From the IMG/VR virus record IMGVR_UViG_3300043774_000178, positions 1-64,000 of that record: a DNA stretch of 64,000 bases, one strand, 5' to 3'. The translations under genes were made by a program, and so were the position numbers. Below the pieces are notes generated by a model. It saw only the letters and a list, made by a program, of their open reading frames with translations. It searched no databases and was not told the DNA's origin. Numbering within the stretch: position 1 is the first letter of the stretch; each line of letters opens with the position of its first letter. This DNA is from a virus. Shown piece by piece: positions 57,189 to 64,000 of the stretch.

Positions 57189-57225
57189 AAAAAAAATAGG
57201 AGAGACTACAAGAGCCCCTCCTATT
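57188..57225 (-). terminator. intrinsic terminator
   Basis: Minus strand: AATAGGAG-loop-CTCCTATT followed by a T run. Confidence 0.65.
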
Positions 57226-57246
57226 ATGCTAACCTAACTGCAATGG

Positions 57247-58503
57247 TTATAAGAATAAATTAGACCCGTTAGAGTCATCATCATCTTTAAAATCTAAATC
57301 AAAATCAAAGAAGTCAGTATCTTTTTTTTCTTCTTCAAGTTTCAGTTCATTCTCCATAGCTACATGATCTTCAGGAGTAGGAGTTATTGAATCACCTTCC
57401 CAAGCAAATGGTTCTTGCTCTTCAGTAACTTCTGTTTCCCATACTATAGCTTCTAGAACTTTAGTATCTTCTTCAACTTTTTCTATCATAGCCTCCTCAT
57501 GAACTTCTACAAATGTTTTATCTTCAGGGATAACTATAGAAACTTCACTAGCAATAACATCATCTTCATATTCACCATCCTCAAGATCTTCCATAAATGC
57601 TTCCCGCATCATTTCAAAATCTTCATCCATACCAATAAATGCATCAGATACTTTAGGATCTGTTACTTCTGCTGACTGAGCATTTGTAATTTCTTCTATC
57701 TGATCTAGTATATTTGTTTGACCTGGATATGCATACAAAGGATCTATTGGTAAAACCACATCTCCTACTACAGAAACAGATACACCTGGGGTATCTAATT
57801 CTTCTGTAAGTACAAAGTGCAATACTCTCTGATCCTCCATCCACGTTCTAGGATGAGATTGTTGCAAAGCTAGAGTAACATGATTATAGAATGCCCATAG
57901 GGTATTCTTACCACCATTATAGAAAAAGCTAGGTTTAGTCATCTGATTCCTTACAAAGCTAGCTTGCTCAGTATTAAGTACCTCATACTCAGCAAATAGG
58001 ATACCTAGTATCTCAGCTTGTCTTCTATCAGTAAGTTGGATAGACTTCATTTCATTCTTTGCATCTACTAACTGATCATAATACATCATAGCATTAGTAA
58101 TCTGAGCTTGCATACTTGCAATTGTATCAGCATCTGCAGAACCAGTATGCTTACGATTATAGCTACCCATATCACCTGAAATCATAACTGCACCACTAGC
58201 ATTTATATAAGTACCAATAGCACATTTAAACCTCATTTGTTTATTATAACTGTTTGCCCATGCAAACATCAATGACAACTCGGGATCACTATTATACTCT
58301 AACTTGTATATACCCTGTGCAATTTGTCCATCATGAGTACATCTGTACTCTTCTTCTACAATTCCAAAACCTTGACTAGTAAGCTCTTGAAAAGCATAGT
58401 CAATAATAGATTCATGAGATATAACAGTGTAAGTGTCCGCATGATTAGGTAGCGGAACATTTACAATATAATCTCTAGTTACGTTTTTAATTTTTCTTGG
58501 CAT
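57247..58503 (-). CDS. DUF932/DUF945-like protein with a long acidic C-terminal tail
   Basis: TYTVISH...ANSYNK..RF.CAIG...RKHTG...TLWAFYNHVT, then a D/E-rich tail. Confidence 0.6.
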   Translation of the reverse strand: MPRKIKNVTRDYIVNVPLPNHADTYTVISHESIIDYAFQELTSQGFGIVEEEYRCTHDGQIAQGIYKLEYNSDPELSLMFAWANSYNKQMRFKCAIGTYINASGAVMISGDMGSYNRKHTGSADADTIASMQAQITNAMMYYDQLVDAKNEMKSIQLTDRRQAEILGILFAEYEVLNTEQASFVRNQMTKPSFFYNGGKNTLWAFYNHVTLALQQSHPRTWMEDQRVLHFVLTEELDTPGVSVSVVGDVVLPIDPLYAYPGQTNILDQIEEITNAQSAEVTDPKVSDAFIGMDEDFEMMREAFMEDLEDGEYEDDVIASEVSIVIPEDKTFVEVHEEAMIEKVEEDTKVLEAIVWETEVTEEQEPFAWEGDSITPTPEDHVAMENELKLEEEKKDTDFFDFDLDFKDDDDSNGSNLFL

Positions 58504-60500
58504 TAGAATAAACTTAATTGTGATTTATTTGGTTCTAGATTATGTATCTCTTTCATAATCTTTTCTAAATAGAATTCATAGTTCAAATCATATTCACCTA
58601 TATCTTTCTTGACATAATCAATAAAGAGAGTCTGCAACCACTTACCAGCAACAACCTGAGTAGTTCTCTTATCCAGATAATTATACTTTATAATCTTAGA
58701 GCCCTTGTTAGATACATAGTACCTAATAGTATTCTGCAGTTTATCTTTCTTATGTACGTGATTTACAACATATTCCTGATTAAACTGCCAGTCACCCTTT
58801 ATCTTTTTACCTGCACAGAAGTCATAGATATTTCTCTGATTAGCTAAAAACTCTATAGGATCAACACCATGAACAAAATAATAGAAGATAGCTTTAGGAA
58901 TAACTAAAAAGCTTTTGTTCTTGTGTAATGCTAGACCGTGGAATTCAAATCTACCTTTACACTTTACTGCATTGTAATAATACTTTTTATCATCAGTCTT
59001 ATAGAATACATAATGAGGATTATCTTTCTTGATTCCTCTTAATGTTTCTAAATCAACTTCTTTAGGAGTATTTACAGCTATGTAGTTATTCACATCACCA
59101 ATAATCATTTTATCATAGGTATCATGCTCTAGTTCTAGATTAGTAATCTGTTCCCATTCTTTACAGATCTCATAGTATTTATCTTCATACTCTCTTGGGA
59201 TCATAGTCTCAAGACCATCAGTATTCTGCATCAACGGAATAGCACCAGGAATCCTTTCACTTACCATCTCATACAGTAATGCTAGACTAAGTTGACCATT
59301 AATAGTAATCCTCATAGTAAACTCAGGATCATATAGAAAACTGTTCTCATCATTACTAAGACCATAAGTAGAATTCAGAATAATCTTGTATACATAATTT
59401 CTGACATCTTTCTTACTGATCTTTCTTCTCTCATTAAAGAACCATTCATACTGCTCACAGAAATCTTCTTTAGGTAAATGTGCAGGAGACCATCTGTTTC
59501 TAATAGCAAGATTAGGATAGAAACTTACAACATCTGATGTCATAATTATTACATCCTTATCTGACTTATAGATACCAGCTTTCCTAGCACCATGAATACC
59601 ACCTAATCCAAAGTCTGTCTTAACTCCTTTGTACTGTATTGAATATTTAAAGCCACCTTTAGTCTGATCAGGATATACTATTATCTCCCGGAATCTACTA
59701 ATTAGTTTTTGAAAGGTAGCTGTTTTGAAATCAAGATAGTCAAGTAGTATATCTTTTACATGTATCTCTGTTCTCCTAGTTCTAAGTTGTCTTATCTCAT
59801 TTTTCTTATAGCCCATTTTCTGACTCAAGAAATGAAGAAACAAGTCTTTAGATATCTTAGTTTCAGAAGCACTGAAAAGATTAATGTTATACTCTTCTGT
59901 AAGTGTCTTACGTAAAGCAATCTGACTCTTACTAAGTTGCATAATTTTCTTAGTAGAGTTAACATCATTCTTACAATACTTGATTATCTCTTTTATCTGA
60001 TCAAGAGTTTTTATCTCAGTACTATGATGAATAGGCATATCAACTATGTTGTCCCAGTCCATTGTGTACTGTATCCACTTTAATGAACTTCTCTTAGCTG
60101 CATTATCCCAGTGATTAAGTTTGAATACATCTACCTGGTTAATTTGAATATCCCAAGGATTAAATTCCAGAAACTTATCTTCATTCTGTCTTTGAATAAT
60201 ATCTTGAGCTTTTCCATATATCCATCTAGCTACTTCTTCTGGATTCATATGTACTAGTTGCTCATGACTTCTAAGAATGTATTCAGTTATCTGACTATCA
60301 AACCCTAGTCCATTAAAGCTTACATGCCACTCATCTAGTTCTATATTTCTGATAAGAAATTCTATCAGTTTTTCTGTGTCATTTTGAAGCCTATGTATTA
60401 CAAAAACTTCTGTATCATCTGTTTTAATATCCTGAAACACAGCAACAAAGCAGTTGCTCAAAGTTTCATAGTCCATGACGTAATGTGTACGTTGATGCAT
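58503..60500 (-). CDS. polB: DNA polymerase family B
   Basis: Exonuclease motifs DYET, FNGLGFD and YCKNDV. Polymerase motifs DVVSFYPN, KIILNSTYG and QNTDG, plus KCKG. Confidence 0.9.
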   Translation of the reverse strand: MHQRTHYVMDYETLSNCFVAVFQDIKTDDTEVFVIHRLQNDTEKLIEFLIRNIELDEWHVSFNGLGFDSQITEYILRSHEQLVHMNPEEVARWIYGKAQDIIQRQNEDKFLEFNPWDIQINQVDVFKLNHWDNAAKRSSLKWIQYTMDWDNIVDMPIHHSTEIKTLDQIKEIIKYCKNDVNSTKKIMQLSKSQIALRKTLTEEYNINLFSASETKISKDLFLHFLSQKMGYKKNEIRQLRTRRTEIHVKDILLDYLDFKTATFQKLISRFREIIVYPDQTKGGFKYSIQYKGVKTDFGLGGIHGARKAGIYKSDKDVIIMTSDVVSFYPNLAIRNRWSPAHLPKEDFCEQYEWFFNERRKISKKDVRNYVYKIILNSTYGLSNDENSFLYDPEFTMRITINGQLSLALLYEMVSERIPGAIPLMQNTDGLETMIPREYEDKYYEICKEWEQITNLELEHDTYDKMIIGDVNNYIAVNTPKEVDLETLRGIKKDNPHYVFYKTDDKKYYYNAVKCKGRFEFHGLALHKNKSFLVIPKAIFYYFVHGVDPIEFLANQRNIYDFCAGKKIKGDWQFNQEYVVNHVHKKDKLQNTIRYYVSNKGSKIIKYNYLDKRTTQVVAGKWLQTLFIDYVKKDIGEYDLNYEFYLEKIMKEIHNLEPNKSQLSLF

Positions 60501-60520
60501 GATATATAGTTTTATTATAT

Positions 60521-60558
60521 AAGAAAGGGAGAGCTACCGCATAACCCTCCCTTGTCTT
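60521..60558 (-). terminator. hairpin / possible terminator upstream of polB
   Basis: AAGGGAG...CTCCCTT inverted repeat with a weak U tract. Confidence 0.45.
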
Positions 60559-60573
60559 ATTTTGACAGAGTAA

Positions 60574-60948
60574 TTACTTTTTCATAAAGGACTCGAAGTC
60601 AAACTCCTTACAGTTTACCCCAAAAGTAGTAACAAGTCCTTTAATAGCCTCATGATCTTCAAGATAGAATTCTTGAAAGGTTTCAATGGTTCTTCTTTCT
60701 TCTTTAACTGATCTTCCATTTGGTCTTTTAGTTTTAAGAGGAGCAGGATCACCATTATCATCTAGCTTAGGAAGCATGTGTAAAGTTGTCTTAGTAATCC
60801 TACTAATAACAACAAATACTTTTGTTCCTGGATCCCATATACATTCTACATATGGACAATCCATTGATAAAGGAATCATTCTAAATGTTTGGTCTTCATT
60901 CCAAGAAGACTTAACTAGGAGCATATTGCCTCCAATGTTTGAACTCAT
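60574..60948 (-). CDS. conserved hypothetical protein
   Basis: 124 aa (TFRMIP...CPYVECIWDP...HMLPKLDDNGD), with an A-rich initiation region. Confidence 0.65.
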   Translation of the reverse strand: MSSNIGGNMLLVKSSWNEDQTFRMIPLSMDCPYVECIWDPGTKVFVVISRITKTTLHMLPKLDDNGDPAPLKTKRPNGRSVKEERRTIETFQEFYLEDHEAIKGLVTTFGVNCKEFDFESFMKK

Positions 60949-60972
60949 AATTGTTGGTTTTTTTAATGTTTA

Positions 60973-61004
60973 CAAATTAACCTAGAATTTTTTTGTTTTG
61001 CAAA
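60973..61004 (-). promoter_or_regulatory. Bacteroidota sigma70-like promoter (-33 TTTG, 20-nt spacer, -7 TTAATTTG)
   Basis: Near-consensus TTTG-N20-TAnnTTTG (one mismatch) upstream of the 124-aa gene. Confidence 0.5.
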
Positions 61005-61543
61005 TCTTTGATATCTACAGTTAGTCTTTCCTTTTCTAGGTCTGGTTTACTACAAAGTTCACCTACGGATCTTAGTAAATCTTCTGAAGTTCCTAAGAGT
61101 TCTGCATAAAGACTAAAATAGTTTTCTGGAAACATATAACTGTTTACATAAACATATGTACTACTACTCTTGTCAAAATGATCTCTTACTTTGCGCCTTA
61201 TTTGCATACTTAGCTGACTATACTTACCATTAATGAACTTCATCCAATCAGATTTTAAATCAGCAAAATCAAATATTACAACTGTTCTACCATCTGCAAG
61301 TTTGAAATAATCACTTATTCTTTTATGCCCTAGTAACACAGTTTTCTCAAACTTGTGATACTCAGCATCTTCTCTTGCAGGATATACAGCTATAAATTTA
61401 GCATCCTCAGAGGATACATGTCCATCCCAGTGAACATAAGTCTGTTCTGGAATAGCTACAGCACCTCTTTTAATACCAAGGAGCGGATACCACAACACCT
61501 TGGATTTTTGAAAATAGCTTTTATAAAGCGCATCAATTGCCAT
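60977..61543 (-). CDS. hypothetical protein
   Basis: 188 aa (YFQKSK..YPLLGI...FINGKYS...ELCSKPD) in the replication operon. Confidence 0.65.
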   Translation of the reverse strand: MAIDALYKSYFQKSKVLWYPLLGIKRGAVAIPEQTYVHWDGHVSSEDAKFIAVYPAREDAEYHKFEKTVLLGHKRISDYFKLADGRTVVIFDFADLKSDWMKFINGKYSQLSMQIRRKVRDHFDKSSSTYVYVNSYMFPENYFSLYAELLGTSEDLLRSVGELCSKPDLEKERLTVDIKDLQNKKILG

Positions 61544-61548
61544 AAAGC

Positions 61549-62577
61549 TTAAAGTTTTAAGTTACCCAATGCAAGCTCATAAGGAAGAGTATAATCTCTT
61601 TGTTTGTAGTGATAGTCTAAGACTTCCAATACATGTTTGAAATTATTCTCCCATACTTTCAGAGTTTGTTCTGATACTTGATAAGGATAAATCTGGTTAT
61701 ATTTATCTACTACAATGAACGTGAACACCACTTTCCAATATTCAGCATCAGGTCTGTGTCTAATAAAGTTATTTATTGTCAAGCCTAAGTACATCATAGC
61801 TTGAATATCATAACGATAATAGTCAACAGATTTTGGGAAATCTTGAATCAGCTTACCGGTTAGCTTAAGGTCATTGATAAATATAGTTCTAGATGATTCT
61901 TCTATAACTAGATTATCAACAACTCCTTTTAAACCAAAATCATGATTTTCTAAATCAGTTTTCAACATGAGTTCATTCATACAGGACATGGATTGCGGAC
62001 CACTTGTCCCTAATTGGAGAAGAGCTTTTACTCTGTCATCTGCTCTTATTATTCCAACAACTTCTTCTGCTTGCATTTTTACTGCAGCATCTATTACAGT
62101 TTTGTTTTTCTTAATCTTAAGAAAGTTAAAGTACTCTTTGTTATTATCTGTAAGAATCTTCTCTAACCTCTGAGCATCAGTCTTAAGACTCTGGTACAAG
62201 TTTACAGATAGCAAGTATGTTAGTATCTCATTACTAAAATCTCCAAGATCCAGTGCAGGGTTATTCATCTGAAGATAATAATTATTAAAGATATGATCTA
62301 ACAATAGTCTATTACTATCTGTAGGAATTTTACCAGGGAGCATAATAAACTGTTCATCAAAACTTTCTGGTTCAAGTAACAAACAGTGTGTTGCCCTACC
62401 TGCTACTAGGTGGGCATCAACACTATCTTCTCTTTGCTTAAGTATATAATGGCTATAGAATAACCTAGGTGAGAATAAAAGCTTATTTATGCTTGAGTAA
62501 CTAAAATAAAACTTCTCTTCATAAAATTTCTGAATCTCTTCAGATGAAATCAAAATTGATTGTGTTTGTATTGACAT
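61549..62577 (-). CDS. PD-(D/E)XK (RecB/Cas4-like) exonuclease
   Basis: FSYSSI...GRATHCLLLE...E...LKGVVDNL...INDLK...YRYDIQAMMY. Confidence 0.8.
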   Translation of the reverse strand: MSIQTQSILISSEEIQKFYEEKFYFSYSSINKLLFSPRLFYSHYILKQREDSVDAHLVAGRATHCLLLEPESFDEQFIMLPGKIPTDSNRLLLDHIFNNYYLQMNNPALDLGDFSNEILTYLLSVNLYQSLKTDAQRLEKILTDNNKEYFNFLKIKKNKTVIDAAVKMQAEEVVGIIRADDRVKALLQLGTSGPQSMSCMNELMLKTDLENHDFGLKGVVDNLVIEESSRTIFINDLKLTGKLIQDFPKSVDYYRYDIQAMMYLGLTINNFIRHRPDAEYWKVVFTFIVVDKYNQIYPYQVSEQTLKVWENNFKHVLEVLDYHYKQRDYTLPYELALGNLKL

Positions 62578-63703
62578 GTTCTACCTCCTGTGTATAATTA
62601 TCTTTTAGGTTTACTATTAATTCTTCATTCATGAGTTTATCAAACTCTTCACTCATAGTCACAGCTTTTACTTGAAAGTGTTTTGAATAAGATCCTGGAA
62701 TATTATTCTGAAACTTATTAAGTAAATGCATTAGATTGTCTCTTGTAAGAGCATTCTTATCTCTAAGAATCTCTACACAGTCATCCATACCGGGTGATAG
62801 ATGTCTATCAAATCCCATATAACTTTTAAGAGCTTTAAAGTTTACATGATTCCTACTAGGCATATCAGATATCCTACTACCAAAATCATAAAACAAATCT
62901 ACTAGATAAAGTATGCTACCTACATAATCACAGTTTGCCATAATCTCCATAGCAACAGTCCAGTTCTCTTTATCTGAGCTCATGAACATATCACTAATAG
63001 CTTTATGCATATCAGCATCAATTACTACAGCTTCTGGACCATTGATATAAGGCATAAGAGCTACTTCTTGAGTAAGTTGTTTACTAACAATAGAATCATA
63101 TAAATCCTTATGTGCATCAGCTACTTTATAAAAAGTTTGTCTGTTTCTAGTTACTCCTTTATCTCCATAATAAACTTTAGCAAGACGAAAAGGTAAATTA
63201 ACTTCTGTGAATACTTTAGCAGTAAAGTTATCACCTAAGATTACTACATTTTCTGTATAAAATTCTAGAGCTGTCTTAAGTTTATCATAATAGTAACTAT
63301 CAATATGGTTACCTTCTTTACAAGATTCTATAAACTCTGTGAATGATTGCGTATCACAGGTATGATACCAGTTATCATCAAATAAATTAAACCCAGTCTT
63401 TCTACCTGCAAAGATATGACTTGCTTTATCAGGATCTCTTACTATTTTGATACCATACTGAGAACCTAGATCTTTCAGTTTAACTCTTGGAATACTAACA
63501 CCAGGTAGAAAATAGAAAGTATCCCCTTTTTGAGGGGAATAACTTTCTAATACATCATTCTGAGTAAAAGACAAATCACCTATAGCATTAAAGCTACCAG
63601 TTATCATATCTACAGAAGTTTCAATATAAAACTTAAAGCAGTCGTTTACAAAGTTATCTGCTTCTGTTAATCTAATTACTAAATAATTTTTCAAAGAACT
63701 CAT
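62540..63703 (-). CDS. hypothetical protein with a possible BRCT-like N-terminal region
   Basis: FYFLPGVSIPRVKLKD...IKIVRDPDKASHIF. Confidence 0.5.
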   Translation of the reverse strand: MSSLKNYLVIRLTEADNFVNDCFKFYIETSVDMITGSFNAIGDLSFTQNDVLESYSPQKGDTFYFLPGVSIPRVKLKDLGSQYGIKIVRDPDKASHIFAGRKTGFNLFDDNWYHTCDTQSFTEFIESCKEGNHIDSYYYDKLKTALEFYTENVVILGDNFTAKVFTEVNLPFRLAKVYYGDKGVTRNRQTFYKVADAHKDLYDSIVSKQLTQEVALMPYINGPEAVVIDADMHKAISDMFMSSDKENWTVAMEIMANCDYVGSILYLVDLFYDFGSRISDMPSRNHVNFKALKSYMGFDRHLSPGMDDCVEILRDKNALTRDNLMHLLNKFQNNIPGSYSKHFQVKAVTMSEEFDKLMNEELIVNLKDNYTQEVEHVNTNTINFDFI

Positions 63704-63708
63704 AACTA

Positions 63709-63999
63709 TTATTTTACAGCCATTTTAACTACAGCAGGATTCATCATCAACTTAGCCCATTTAGTCTTATTACCATTTACAATCTCCTTGATAATAAAAT
63801 ACTTAAGGTCATCTGTGAATACATCACATCCTGTAGTAAGTTTAATTACTCTATTTATCATTTGATCACTAACTGGTTTTGTCTCAGAATGAACAAGACA
63901 ATAGTTAATCATCCTAGTTGCAATTACACTAGAGATATCTGCTCTAAAGTTACCTCCTTGATTTACAGAAGAGTTAAGAGCTCCTACTACATATGCTTC
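63709..63999 (-). CDS. C-terminal part of a probable MoxR-like AAA ATPase (truncated by the window edge)
   Basis: The frame stays open to the window edge (EAYVVGALNS...FRADISSVIATRMINY...FTDDLKY) and resembles the C-terminus of crAss-like AAA ATPases. The Walker motifs are outside the window. Confidence 0.45.
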   Translation of the reverse strand, partial: EAYVVGALNSSVNQGGNFRADISSVIATRMINYCLVHSETKPVSDQMINRVIKLTTGCDVFTDDLKYFIIKEIVNGNKTKWAKLMMNPAVVKMAVK

Positions 64000-64000
64000 A

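Noticed and set aside
38460-60500. Inteins or self-splicing introns in the RNAP or PolB genes
   Set aside because: No C/S...HN-C/S/T intein ends or LAGLIDADG/HNH motifs were seen, and the reading frames are continuous. The short PolB insert near the C-terminus is too small.
1-64000. Stop-codon reassignment (TAG or TGA), known in some crAss-like phages
   Set aside because: ORFs up to 12 kb are uninterrupted in code 11, and TAG (3005, 5857, 38455) and TGA (12871, 14582) end genes at sensible boundaries.
1-64000. tRNA genes, CRISPR arrays, integrase or att sites
   Set aside because: Intergenic gaps are short and accounted for by terminators or promoters; no cloverleaf, repeat-spacer array or recombinase motif was seen.

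Overview
This window is a segment of a lytic, crAss-like (Crassvirales-type) podophage genome. It is AT-rich, uses the standard genetic code, and the host is probably in Bacteroidota. The + strand (1-56564) carries the structural and injection module. In order, it holds the C-terminal part of the major capsid protein, a conserved head-region protein, seven small mostly basic proteins, ring and Dps-like proteins, Cys-rich fibre or decoration proteins, an IHF/HU-like protein, two more ring proteins and the 1815-aa muzzle. Three low-complexity cargo proteins and four very large ejected proteins follow, including a 4076-aa virion RNA polymerase (DFDVD). After a bidirectional terminator near 56580, the - strand carries replication genes: MazG-like, DUF932-like, PolB, a PD-(D/E)XK nuclease and a partial AAA ATPase. 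Four observations stand out. (1) About 35-40 copies of a hydrophobic-x-x-G-G motif punctuate seven predicted head-internal proteins, suggesting a polyprotein-processing or packaging system. (2) The three giant ejected proteins (about 8,400 aa) contain, by eye, only four cysteines, all at the facing termini of adjacent genes, suggesting a head-to-tail covalently linked injection chain. (3) A nucleotidyltransferase-like effector is fused to the virion RNA polymerase. (4) A toxin-like cassette is inserted inside an injected nuclease. All family assignments come from motif recognition by eye; no database searches were run.
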